Below, one piece after another: positions 52,201 to 63,332 of a stretch of DNA of 64,000 nucleotides. The stretch lies in the NCBI GenBank assembly GCA_019058365.1, contig JAHPZE010000010.1:1-64000 (forward strand), given 5' to 3'. The translations under genes were made by a program, and so were the position numbers. Numbering within the stretch: the stretch's first letter is position 1; each line of letters starts with the position of its first letter. This stretch comes from Promethearchaeota archaeon. Lineage in GTDB: Archaea; Asgardarchaeota; Lokiarchaeia; Sigyniarchaeales; SOKP01. The notes below the pieces were generated by a model that did not search any database, was not told the origin of the DNA, and was given only the letters and a program-made list of their open reading frames with translations.

Positions 52201-55200
52201 AATTTGTTTAACTGAATAAATTGTCTCAGGATCTTCCGTGTTGAAAAGTAAATAGCTTCAGAAAGAAGATTGAAATAAAATATAAACTTGCAAAATAGGA
52301 AGGGGAGTATTTGGTTGAAAAGTAAATAGCTTCAGAAAGAAGATTGAAATATTACTTGACGCTCAATGTATTCCTTGTCATCAATTTCGTTGAAAAGTAA
52401 ATAGCTTCAGAAAGAAGATTGAAATATGTGGTATACATATTTATCTTACTGATCATTGCCACTGTTGAAAAGTAAATAGCTTCAGAAAGAAGATTGAAAT
52501 GGGCGTTATTTCAATGATGTTGCTCCAACCTTTACATCGTTGAAAAGTAAATAGCTTCAGAAAGAAGATTGAAATTCATAAAAAGAGATAAGATAAAAAA
52601 TAAGAATTTTTACGTTGAAAAGTAAATAGCTTCAGAAAGAAGATTGAAATATTCATAGGGGTATTTTGCTAGCAAACATTCTTAACGTTGAAAAGTAAAT
52701 AGCTTCAGAAAGAAGATTGAAATTTTATCAGAGATCTTCTTGTCTTTTATAGCCTCTTTATCGTTGAAAAGTAAATAGCTTCAGAAAGAAGATTGAAATG
52801 ACCATAAATTCTTCATTTATAGCATTAAGTCGAATCCCGTTGAAAAGTAAATAGCTTCAGAAAGAAGATTGAAATCACAGGGATCACGCGAGCCTCTAAC
52901 TTCGCAGCATAATTATGTTGAAAAGTAAATAGCTTCAGAAAGAAGATTGAAATACATGCGAACCAGCCATTTGCACTTCCACTAACCCATCTGTTGAAAA
53001 GTAAATAGCTTCAGAAAGAAGATTGAAATTTGGATTGCGGTCATGATGGCGACCAATTCATTATTATTTAAAGTTGAAAAGTAAATAGCTTCAGAAAGAA
53101 GATTGAAATATTATAGAATACCTTCCTAACTATGATGAATATCGTAATATGTTGAAAAGTAAATAGCTTCAGAAAGAAGATTGAAATCATTCAGATATGC
53201 GAATGGTATAGTAATCTCTTGAGTTGCGTTGAAAAGTAAATAGCTTCAGAAAGAAGATTGAAATATTATCTGAGGAAGCATCATTAGCGGCATTATCACT
53301 ACAGTTGAAAAGTAAATAGCTTCAGAAAGAAGATTGAAATTTCTCAAATCCTTCATTTCTGAGTTCGGCTTCATTTTCGCGTTGAAAAGTAAATAGCTTC
53401 AGAAAGAAGATTGAAATTTACCATAAACAACTTGGAAATTATTTGTATCAGAATGTTGAAAAGTAAATAGCTTCAGAAAGAAGATTGAAATTCTTATACT
53501 TAAAAGTCCTACTCCATTATCGATATATTGTTGAAAAGTAAATAGCTTCAGAAAGAAGATTGAAATATATTGACCAATTCTGTTAATCCAATTGGCAAAA
53601 GAATACCGTTGAAAAGTAAATAGCTTCAGAAAGAAGATTGAAATTGTAATATATTATGTCCAAACTCAAAAATTTATTACTGTTGAAAAGTAAATAGCTT
53701 CAGAAAGAAGATTGAAATTATAAAAGACAACGTGTTAAAGAAGTCATAACTGCTTTAAGTTGAAAAGTAAATAGCTTCAGAAAGAAGATTGAAATATGAG
53801 TTGGTCCATGGTATTTGTAATTGGAGATAATGGTTGAAAAGTAAATAGCTTCAGAAAGAAGATTGAAATTGCCATAAACTTCAGAATAGTATCTGAGAGT
53901 TTATTTAGTTGAAAAGTAAATAGCTTCAGAAAGAAGATTGAAATTCAAAAGAACACCTAATCTCATATAAGTCTAAAATATCGTTGAAAAGTAAATAGCT
54001 TCAGAAAGAAGATTGAAATCAAAGATGATCCACTCTGGAATTTCAACATTATCTTTGTTGAAAAGTAAATAGCTTCAGAAAGAAGATTGAAATGCTACGA
54101 TTATAATAGATAAGAACTCACTCATTTTAATCGTTGAAAAGTAAATAGCTTCAGAAAGAAGATTGAAATAAAAAGATTATACTACTATCCCAGAAGATGC
54201 ATTATATACAGAGTTGAAAAGTAAATAGCTTCAGAAAGAAGATTGAAATCACCATACAGAAAATCCTGTAAATATAGTAGAATAAGAGTTGAAAAGTAAA
54301 TAGCTTCAGAAAGAAGATTGAAATGCAACGTATCCTAAACCTAAAGGCAAAACAATTCCTATAGTTGAAAAGTAAATAGCTTCAGAAAGAAGATTGAAAT
54401 TACTGGTATCAGTGCTATAATAATTTCCGCCAAAAAGTTGAAAAGTAAATAGCTTCAGAAAGAAGATTGAAATATTAAATAATGACCAGTAAGATTAGAA
54501 AATAATACTAGTTGAAAAGTAAATAGCTTCAGAAAGAAGATTGAAATATTACAATTAAGGAATATATGCCTAAAATCAGACAAATAGTGTTGAAAAGTAA
54601 ATAGCTTCAGAAAGAAGATTGAAATTATATCTGCACCAAATATAAATTACCCGCGTCTTTTACTGTTGAAAAGTAAATAGCTTCAGAAAGAAGATTGAAA
54701 TAATATAACATAAGGTAAAGGGAAAGTATAAGATATTATCGTTGAAAAGTAAATAGCTTCAGAAAGAAGATTGAAATTAAAATCTGATATTATATTACTT
54801 CTGGCTACACTAAGGGTTGAAAAGTAAATAGCTTCAGAAAGAAGATTGAAATCTTTCTTTTTCCAAATTTATTGGAAATTTTTGGTAATGTTGAAAAGTA
54901 AATAGCTTCAGAAAGAAGATTGAAATGAAACGATTTTAAATTGTTAAAGTCTCAAGTTAAAAAGTTGAAAAGTAAATAGCTTCAGAAAGAAGATTGAAAT
55001 TTAATTGATACAATTTTGTCCCATATTAAGTCTCGAACTGTTGAAAAGTAAATAGCTTCAGAAAGAAGATTGAAATATATAAGAAAGAATAGTTCCTATT
55101 GAACCTATTATCAATGTTGAAAAGTAAATAGCTTCAGAAAGAAGATTGAAATTACACTATAAGTATAATGAATGGTTCTTATATCCTCTTGGTTGAAAAG

Positions 55201-57193
55201 TAAATAGCTTCAGAAAGAAGATTGAAATTTTTAACGATTTCTCTATTCATTTTACGTTCTTTTTTCAGTTGAAAAGTAAATAGCTTCAGAAAGAAGATTG
55301 AAATTGATTTTCTCCCCCGCAGGAACATTGGCATTTTTCAGGTTCGTTGAAAAGTAAATAGCTTCAGAAAGAAGATTGAAATATCCAAAACTCTCTCGTC
55401 CCCGCTGTCGCTTGCGTTTCATGTTGAAAAGTAAATAGCTTCAGAAAGAAGATTGAAATATCGAAATTTTTCATCACCTTTTTATTTCCACTGCAGTTGA
55501 AAAGTAAATAGCTTCAGAAAGAAGATTGAAATTGAAAATAATGAATATTATTACTGAATTAAACCCTTCTGAGTTGAAAAGTAAATAGCTTCAGAAAGAA
55601 GATTGAAATTATTTTATCCCTTTTTTTGCTTTAATTTTATCTTTTCCGTTGAAAAGTAAATAGCTTCAGAAAGAAGATTGAAATGAATGAAGCATTTTAA
55701 TATATTTTTTTACATCTCTTTCGTTGAAAAGTAAATAGCTTCAGAAAGAAGATTGAAATGATAGAATTGCCATCGAGAGAAGAATCAATGTAATTAAGTT
55801 GAAAAGTAAATAGCTTCAGAAAGAAGATTGAAATAAGGGCACTATAACCTCAATCGGTTCCTCGATTATTGGGTTGAAAAGTAAATAGCTTCAGAAAGAA
55901 GATTGAAATTAGTATAAAAGTATGATCATGAGGGACTAATAAATTAGTGTTGAAAAGTAAATAGCTTCAGAAAGAAGATTGAAATTAGCCCATATCTTAA
56001 GTTGGTCAGCTCCATCCCCAAGTTGAAAAGTAAATAGCTTCAGAAAGAAGATTGAAATATCGATAAATGCTTCCCATCCAAACAAAACCCCACCAAATGT
56101 CGAAAAGTAAATAGCTTCAGAAAGAAGATTGAAATTACATAAGCCAATAAAACCCGCTTGATTTTGCGCTATTGTCGAAAAGTAAATAGCTTCAGAAAGA
56201 AGATTGAAATTTGATTGCTTGTAATAATGTATAAATATCTAATTCATGTGTCGAAAAGTAAATAGCTTCAGAAAGAAGATTGAAATGGAAATCAGTAATA
56301 TCCAGATGAGCCTGACCGATGACATGCGTCGAAAAGTAAATAGCTTCAGAAAGAAGATTGAAATAATTACTTGTTCCATTCCAAATATGAGCCCACTCAT
56401 TAGTGTCGAAAAGTAAATAGCTTCAGAAAGAAGATTGAAATGAATGAAGCATTTTAATATATTTTTTTACATCTCTTTCGTTGAAAAGTAAATAGCTTCA
56501 GAAAGAAGATTGAAATGATAGAATTGCCATCGAGAGAAGAATCAATGTAATTAAGTTGAAAAGTAAATAGCTTCAGAAAGAAGATTGAAATAAGGGCACT
56601 ATAACCTCAATCGGTTCCTCGATTATTGGGTTGAAAAGTAAATAGCTTCAGAAAGAAGATTGAAATTAGTATAAAAGTATGATCATGAGGGACTAATAAA
56701 TTAGTGTTGAAAAGTAAATAGCTTCAGAAAGAAGATTGAAATATTTAAATAATATGTTATTCAACTATACCTTTTTCTATAATGTCGAAAAGTAAATAGC
56801 TTCAGAAAGAAGATTGAAATTATGTTTTTTCATGACTTCATAAGCATGTGGAGTAATAGTTGAAAAGTAAATAGCTTCAGAAAGAAGATTGAAATTTAGT
56901 TTTTTTATCCGGGATGATTTCTTTTTTTGAATCGTTGAAAAGTAAATAGCTTCAGAAAGAAGATTGAAATAAAATACCACGCCCTTTCTGTCTCAAACTC
57001 TAAAAGTGTTGAAAAGTAAATAGCTTCAGAAAGAAGATTGAAATGTTCCCTGTCCTGTGTCTCCCATGCGACCACGACCTTTAGTCGAAAAGTAAATAGC
57101 TTCAGAAAGAAGATTGAAATTCAGGATATTTTTCTAACAAAGGAAGTCCTAAATGTGTTGAAAAGTAAATAGCTTCAGAAAGAAGATTGAAAT
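49206..57193 (+). CRISPR. CRISPR array, 37-nt repeat GTTGAAAAGTAAATAGCTTCAGAAAGAAGATTGAAAT, 106 repeats / 105 spacers (manual count), spacers about 36-44 nt
   Basis: Read directly; the ATTGAAA(N) 3' end gives + orientation; seven GTC-variant repeats after 56099. Confidence 0.99.
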
Positions 57194-57385
57194 TTAATCT
57201 CGTTCTTTTTAACATCTATAGAATTATATACCGAAAAGATGGATTCATATGATTTAAATTGTTGTTAACGAATAAATATTTAAATATAACCGTGAACAAT
57301 TAAAATTATCTCTAAAAAATCCATCAAAATTTATATTCTTAGTTTCAATGAACTTAAGCAATTTATATAAAAAGGGTTTAAAAAA

Positions 57386-59047
57386 ATGGCTATAGAAAGA
57401 ATTCTAGCGATTTATGACATTTTAGGTATTCAAGATTTTATATTTTCAGCAAATAAGCTTAAAGAGAATTTAGGTGGGTCTATCATTGTTCAAGAAACAT
57501 TTGAAAACGATTTATGTGAAATAATTATAGACAATTGTAATAATCCTTTAATAAATATTCAAAACAGTGATATTGATTGGGAAAAAAATAGTCATGATGC
57601 AGTTGTTGTATATTATAGAGGTGGAAATGCATTAGTCATTTTTAATGATATTGAAACAGCAAAACTGATTACTGAAAAATTAGCTCTTAAAGTGTTAAAT
57701 AATTCAGGTGGTTTGCTTAACTTTATGGTGGCCTATTATCCCTCAAAATTAAAGAATTTTCAAGATGATTTTCGCAAACTTATGTTAGACCTTAAGAATA
57801 AAAAAAATTCTCATATACTTACCACACCTCTTTTAGGAATAGGAATTACGAAAACCGATCTGTCAAGTGGTTTACCTGCATTTAAGATATATGAGAGGGA
57901 TTTTATTTCGAAGCCCTCTTTATTAAAAAGGAAAAAAGCAGAAAAACAGTTGAAAACAGATGGGAAGAAAAGGTATTATGACTTTTTGCTAAAGAATATT
58001 AAAGCTGAATATGACTTTCCTTTAGATTTAGATGATCTAGGGCAAAAGATAGGAGAAAAATATGTAGCTATTGTACATATCGATGGAGATAATATGGGGC
58101 AAAAAATTCAAACTTTTTTAGATAAAACTCATGATAATTACAACGAAACCATATATAGAATGAGCATGCTTTCTAGAAAAATTGATGATTTATACCGAAC
58201 AGTGATGAGAAAAGTTGTTGAGGATGTTGCTAAAATCTTAAAAGATGATAAATTTCGGAAAATGTTTGAAATTAAAAAAATAAAAGATACTGATAAAGAA
58301 TTCTTACCAATTAGGCCTATTATTTTAAATGGAGATGATATTACTTTTGTTTGTAATGGTAAAATAGGTATCAATTTAGCAGAGATATTCCTCAAAAAAC
58401 TTGCAAAATCAGAATTAAGAATATCTGGAGAGATCATAGAACATTCTGCGAGTGCGGGAGTTGTAATCGTTAAATCACATTTTCCTTTTGATAAAGCTTA
58501 TACAATAGTAGAAGAGCTCTGTAAATCTGCTAAAATTAAAGGAAAAATATTGCAAGAACAACATGAAGAAGAAAGAAAACGAGGGTTCTGGTTAGATTTT
58601 CATGTTATTCAATCGGGGCTTACATCAGATTTGAGCGAAACAAGAAAGAATCAATATAATCTTTCAGATATACCTCATCCAGACAAATTAGTATCTCCAA
58701 CCAGCCAAATACATTATCAACAGTATAATCTATTGTGGAGACCTTGGTTAATTATAGGTGAAAATCATTTAAATCGTTATAATTGGTCCCATTTAAAATC
58801 TCTCTTATATGAATTTAATAGTTCTAAAGAAGATTGGCCAAAATCTAAACTAAAAAAATTACATCAATTATTAACAATTTCTAAGGATAAAGTGGATGGA
58901 TTTTTATTAAGAATGGAAAGCAGAGACATAAAACTTCCAAATTTTTTAAATGATAATATAATTTTTTATAATGGGCAAACTCCTTATTGCGATGCCTTAG
59001 AGATAATGGATTATTATTATATAGAAATGAAGGAGCTCTTAAAATGA
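57386..59047 (+). CDS. cas10: Cas10, type III-D, no HD domain
   Basis: D..GIQDFIF...KLKE..GGS, HIDGDNMG, NGDD palm motif, SAGV.I...HFPF. Confidence 0.92.
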   Translation: MAIERILAIYDILGIQDFIFSANKLKENLGGSIIVQETFENDLCEIIIDNCNNPLINIQNSDIDWEKNSHDAVVVYYRGGNALVIFNDIETAKLITEKLALKVLNNSGGLLNFMVAYYPSKLKNFQDDFRKLMLDLKNKKNSHILTTPLLGIGITKTDLSSGLPAFKIYERDFISKPSLLKRKKAEKQLKTDGKKRYYDFLLKNIKAEYDFPLDLDDLGQKIGEKYVAIVHIDGDNMGQKIQTFLDKTHDNYNETIYRMSMLSRKIDDLYRTVMRKVVEDVAKILKDDKFRKMFEIKKIKDTDKEFLPIRPIILNGDDITFVCNGKIGINLAEIFLKKLAKSELRISGEIIEHSASAGVVIVKSHFPFDKAYTIVEELCKSAKIKGKILQEQHEEERKRGFWLDFHVIQSGLTSDLSETRKNQYNLSDIPHPDKLVSPTSQIHYQQYNLLWRPWLIIGENHLNRYNWSHLKSLLYEFNSSKEDWPKSKLKKLHQLLTISKDKVDGFLLRMESRDIKLPNFLNDNIIFYNGQTPYCDALEIMDYYYIEMKELLK

Positions 59048-61365
59048 AAGTAAAATTAGAACTGGAATTATTAGCAGATGCTTTACCTGGTTCTGGAGAA
59101 TCCATTGTGAGTTATATTGATCAAGATGTAGTTTTTGATAAATATGGATTACCATATCTTCCTTCAAAGAGGATAAAGGGTGTCTTGAGAGTGTCTGCGA
59201 GAGATATCTCAGATTTAGGAGAACTTCAAAATCCTGTGGAAAATATTTTTGGAACAGATGGGAGTTCAAGAACCGCTTTTAGAATATCAAATGGATATAT
59301 TAAAAATTATAGAAATTATCGAGATTTTTTAAAATTCACAGAATTTATAGACAATTTAAAATTTAAAAGTAATGTATCCTCTGATATTTTCTCACAATCT
59401 TCAATAAAATCGTACTTTTCATACATTAGGACTCAAATAGCAGTTGACCGTAAAAGTGGGACCTCCCAAGAGGGTTCTCTTCGGATATTTCGAATACTTA
59501 GAAAAGGATTGATCTTTAATTTTGTTGTTGAGATAAATGACGATTATTTTGTTGATTTTAAAAAGATCTGTGCGATTACACGACATTTTGGAACCGCAAG
59601 AACAAGAGGGTTCGGTGAAATATCCCTCAAAATTGAAAAAAAGTTTAATGGCAATCAAAAAGCTCCTAAAAGTGAACTAATCTCTTCCAATGCTAATGTA
59701 AAAAAAGAAAATGAAAATGATTCTAATAAAGCCCAAAGCGAATTATTATACACCATCGAACTCAAATTAACTAATAAAGAGCAGTTATTAGTGTCAAATC
59801 TTATTAGTGGTCTACAAACAAGTGAATTATTTATAAGAGGCAGTTACATCCGTGGGGCATTAGCAAATTTTTATATTAATAAAAACTCTATTAAAGATCC
59901 ACTTCAAGATAATAACTTTTACCAAATTTTTCTTTCTGATAAAGTGATTTTTTCTAATCTTTATCCGTTCAGAAATAATAAAATATTCTTTCCAACACCT
60001 TTCTCGATTGTGAAAGAAAAAAGTACGGAAAAATATTATGATTTAGCATATGAAGAGGATAAAGCTAAAATTGTGGAAAGTGAAATTCAAACAGTACCAG
60101 TTGGGGGTTATACAGTAATTGAATCAGCTAAATTGATGTCTTATTCTTTAGCGAGCAAGATTGAAAGCCACCATCTTAGACCTAAAAATCGTAAGATTGG
60201 TCATGCTAAAAAAGGGGATGCGGAATCAAAAGTAAAAACAGGAACATTCTTTCATTATGACGTTTTAGAGCCGAATACTCAATTTAAAGGCAAGATTATT
60301 GGGAGATCTGGAGATTTGAAGCCTATCGTCGATATATTACCAAAACGGATGGTAATATATTTAGGAAAGTCAAGAACTGCTCAATATGGGAAATGTAAAC
60401 TAATAATAGAATCATATAAAAAATCGAAAAAGCCAATTCAATTAGATATTAATCAGAAAATAGTAATTACATTATTATCTGATATGATTTTGGTTAATAA
60501 ATATGGAAATATAACACCCGATCCGAGGATTTTTTTAAAAGAATTTGCTGATTTTTTTAAGATCAAAGAAACTAACATTAAGATTAAACATTCTTTTTTG
60601 AAATTTAAAAAAGTAGGTGGTTTTAATTCTAAATGGAAATTTCCTAAAATGCAGAGCCAAGCTTTAGCTGCAGGTTCGGTAATAATAATAAAATTACAAG
60701 ATATCGAACATCTTGAAGTAAATAATAACGAGCCTTTAGTTTTTGGTCTGAGGAAATCAGAAGGATATGGACTAATAGATATTAATAAACATGGGTTTTC
60801 AAAGATTGAAAAAGATATAGCTGATCTTGATAAAATTTACCAAATTATCCCTCAAAATGATGAAATGCCGAAAGATTTGATAGATTATTGCATAAGTCGA
60901 GCTTTAAAATCTACACTGGAAAGCGAAGCAATTAAAAAAGCAAAATCAATTTCTAAATCTAAGATATCTAAGATTTCTAGATCCTTTTTACAAAGATTAT
61001 TAATATTTGCGAATTCATCTAAAACTATCCAAGTGTTAAACAATAAATTAAAAGACTTAAAAGATAATGCTAATCAAAAACTAAAAATGATTGAGAAAGA
61101 AGTATTTATTGAGAACGAGAATGTTCAATTTGAACTTTTTAAAAATGAACTTTTTTTGAAGATTTTGGATGAAAAATTCTTTAATTATGAAAATATTGAA
61201 AAATTTCAAACTAATAATGAAATCAAGGATTATTTAAAGAAGTTAATAGGTGAAAAGACAACTTACTTAGAAAATAATAATAAAGTTATAAAGTTTTATC
61301 GGATCTATTTAAAATTTTATTTAACAAATCTAATTCTTAAATCTAAGGTGGAAATCAGAAAATGA
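59044..61365 (+). CDS. Csx10-like Cas7-Cas5 fusion with helical C-terminus (probable Cas11)
   Basis: ATGA overlap with cas10; G-loops FGTARTRGFG, LGKSRTAQYG, FGLRKSEGYG; about 150-aa helical tail. Confidence 0.82.
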   Translation: MKVKLELELLADALPGSGESIVSYIDQDVVFDKYGLPYLPSKRIKGVLRVSARDISDLGELQNPVENIFGTDGSSRTAFRISNGYIKNYRNYRDFLKFTEFIDNLKFKSNVSSDIFSQSSIKSYFSYIRTQIAVDRKSGTSQEGSLRIFRILRKGLIFNFVVEINDDYFVDFKKICAITRHFGTARTRGFGEISLKIEKKFNGNQKAPKSELISSNANVKKENENDSNKAQSELLYTIELKLTNKEQLLVSNLISGLQTSELFIRGSYIRGALANFYINKNSIKDPLQDNNFYQIFLSDKVIFSNLYPFRNNKIFFPTPFSIVKEKSTEKYYDLAYEEDKAKIVESEIQTVPVGGYTVIESAKLMSYSLASKIESHHLRPKNRKIGHAKKGDAESKVKTGTFFHYDVLEPNTQFKGKIIGRSGDLKPIVDILPKRMVIYLGKSRTAQYGKCKLIIESYKKSKKPIQLDINQKIVITLLSDMILVNKYGNITPDPRIFLKEFADFFKIKETNIKIKHSFLKFKKVGGFNSKWKFPKMQSQALAAGSVIIIKLQDIEHLEVNNNEPLVFGLRKSEGYGLIDINKHGFSKIEKDIADLDKIYQIIPQNDEMPKDLIDYCISRALKSTLESEAIKKAKSISKSKISKISRSFLQRLLIFANSSKTIQVLNNKLKDLKDNANQKLKMIEKEVFIENENVQFELFKNELFLKILDEKFFNYENIEKFQTNNEIKDYLKKLIGEKTTYLENNNKVIKFYRIYLKFYLTNLILKSKVEIRK

Positions 61366-62735
61366 ATGAAGATGATATAATTGTGGGGAAATATTATGTT
61401 ATGGGAGATTTATTTTTGAGCTCTCCATTAATTGTTGGTTCTGGGGAAGATATAATTTCAGATAAAGATTTTATAAGGAATTGGGATGATGAATTATTTA
61501 TTCCTGCGACCTCTGTTGCGGGTGCATGTAGACATTACCTTGATAAACATTTTTTTCATGATGAGAATGAAGCAGAAAATAAATTAATTAGAGAAGTTTT
61601 TGGGGAGATAGAAAAGAATTCTACTCAAAGCTTAATTATTTTTTATGATTGTGATAATTTTAAAGATATTAAGATAAATTTACGGGACGGAGTTGACATC
61701 GATTATTACCTTCGGGTTGCTAAAAAAAAGGCAAAGTTTAATTATGAAATAATTGAACCTGGAGCATCATGTCGATTTAGAATTGAATTAACTATTCGCG
61801 CTAAAAAGAATGAAAAAGCGATCTTATCAAAAATAGAAAATCTGCTATATTTATTACTTGAAGGATTTATAAACAAGAAGATACAATTAGGAGCAAAAAC
61901 AACTAGAGGATTCGGGAATGTTTTGTTAAAAAATTGTAAAATATTAAAATTAGATTTACAGAATGAACCAGATCGTAATATTTGGATTAATTTTAGATGG
62001 AATGATTGGGAAAATTGGGAAATGTTAAGAAATTTTGAGGGTCTCATTGATTTAAATCAATTAACTCAGAAAGATCTGGTTGATAGCATACAAGAATCAA
62101 AAATGTTCAAAATAGAGCTTGATTTTTTGATTCCTTATTCTTTATTAATTAGAACCCCAAACCCAAATCCTGGAGGAGAAGATGTGGCTCATTTATTATC
62201 TAATGGAGAACCCGCCATACCTGGAACATCTTGGGCTGGTGTGCTGCAGAATGCCATATTTCAAATTGCTTGGTCACTTAATAGAATTAATGATTTTGAG
62301 CTGATATTAAAAGAACTTTTTGGATACGTAGAAACTAAAACAAAAGATTTAATGTATAAATTGCGGGCTCAAAAATCTCTTATATATATTAAAGAGAGTA
62401 TTATTAAAAATTCTAAATTATTCAGCTATACTAGAAATAAGATTGATAGATTCACAGGGGGTACAATAGAAGGAGCTCTATTCTCAGAGAAAGTATCTTA
62501 CCAGGGAAATGTTAAATTAGAAATAGTGGTAAAAGATTACGAAGATTATCATATTGGAGCCATATTATTGGGAATAAAAGAATTATGGTATGGATTGCAA
62601 CCCGTAGGAGGGAGTGCTAATATTGGACGAGGTATCTTGGAGGGAAAGAACTTGATAATTAATGGAAAAGAATCTAACTTAGAATCAATTGATTTAAACA
62701 CTTATTATTCAGCATTATATGAAAAAATTTCTTAA
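61362..62735 (+). CDS. Cas7-Cas7 (double Csm3-like RAMP)
   Basis: Two IPxTSxAG motifs and two G-loops (LGAKTTRGFG, VGGSANIGRG). Confidence 0.88.
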   Translation: MNEDDIIVGKYYVMGDLFLSSPLIVGSGEDIISDKDFIRNWDDELFIPATSVAGACRHYLDKHFFHDENEAENKLIREVFGEIEKNSTQSLIIFYDCDNFKDIKINLRDGVDIDYYLRVAKKKAKFNYEIIEPGASCRFRIELTIRAKKNEKAILSKIENLLYLLLEGFINKKIQLGAKTTRGFGNVLLKNCKILKLDLQNEPDRNIWINFRWNDWENWEMLRNFEGLIDLNQLTQKDLVDSIQESKMFKIELDFLIPYSLLIRTPNPNPGGEDVAHLLSNGEPAIPGTSWAGVLQNAIFQIAWSLNRINDFELILKELFGYVETKTKDLMYKLRAQKSLIYIKESIIKNSKLFSYTRNKIDRFTGGTIEGALFSEKVSYQGNVKLEIVVKDYEDYHIGAILLGIKELWYGLQPVGGSANIGRGILEGKNLIINGKESNLESIDLNTYYSALYEKIS

Positions 62736-62762
62736 AAAAAAATTAGGCGTGAAAATAATATT

Positions 62763-63332
62763 ATGATCAATAAAATTAAAACTAAAGCTGAAGTAGGCAA
62801 ATTGGATATTGACTTATTACAATTTCTAATCAATTCTGCCAAAAATGAGCTTGGGGGTAAATGCTTTCTAATTGTATATAAATACAACGAGATTTATTTA
62901 GGGCTAATAAATAATAATACGATTATGAAAGGTTACTTAGAACTGAATAGAGTAAATGTTAAAAATGAACTAAATATCAATCATATTTTAGATCTAAGAA
63001 TGTTTTGCGAGAAAGGAGAACTTCATTTATGGAAATATAATGATACTCTCCAATGGAGATTAAGAAAAGATGGGGAGGGGGAAGATTGTGATATATATGA
63101 AGAGGATCATTATATTTGGGGGACTAAAATCTCAGATGAAGATGAATTTTCAATTATTGAAGAATGTCGAGGTATGCAATTAACATTTCCCTTTTCTTTA
63201 AAAGAGCAACCTTTACCTTTAAAATATAAAGTCCGAAATTATATAAAATATGATGGTGACGGATTAATAAATTTTATTGATTCTCGCATTGTTCATTTTA
63301 TCAATAATAATGGAGGTGTCTTAAATTCCTAG
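62763..63332 (+). CDS. csx19: Csx19
   Basis: LRMF...ELHLW, IWGT, VRNYI.YD..G....DSR; position in a III-D operon. Confidence 0.85.
   Translation: MINKIKTKAEVGKLDIDLLQFLINSAKNELGGKCFLIVYKYNEIYLGLINNNTIMKGYLELNRVNVKNELNINHILDLRMFCEKGELHLWKYNDTLQWRLRKDGEGEDCDIYEEDHYIWGTKISDEDEFSIIEECRGMQLTFPFSLKEQPLPLKYKVRNYIKYDGDGLINFIDSRIVHFINNNGGVLNS

Noticed and set aside
49254-56980. Minus-strand ORFs with repeated FNLLSEAIYFST
   Set aside because: Translations of CRISPR repeats, not genes
49206-57193. Self-targeting spacers within the window
   Set aside because: None noticed by eye; an alignment would be needed to exclude them
58987-59043. N-terminal extension of the Csx10-like ORF
   Set aside because: Lies inside cas10; ATG 59044 has an ATGA overlap and an AGGAG SD
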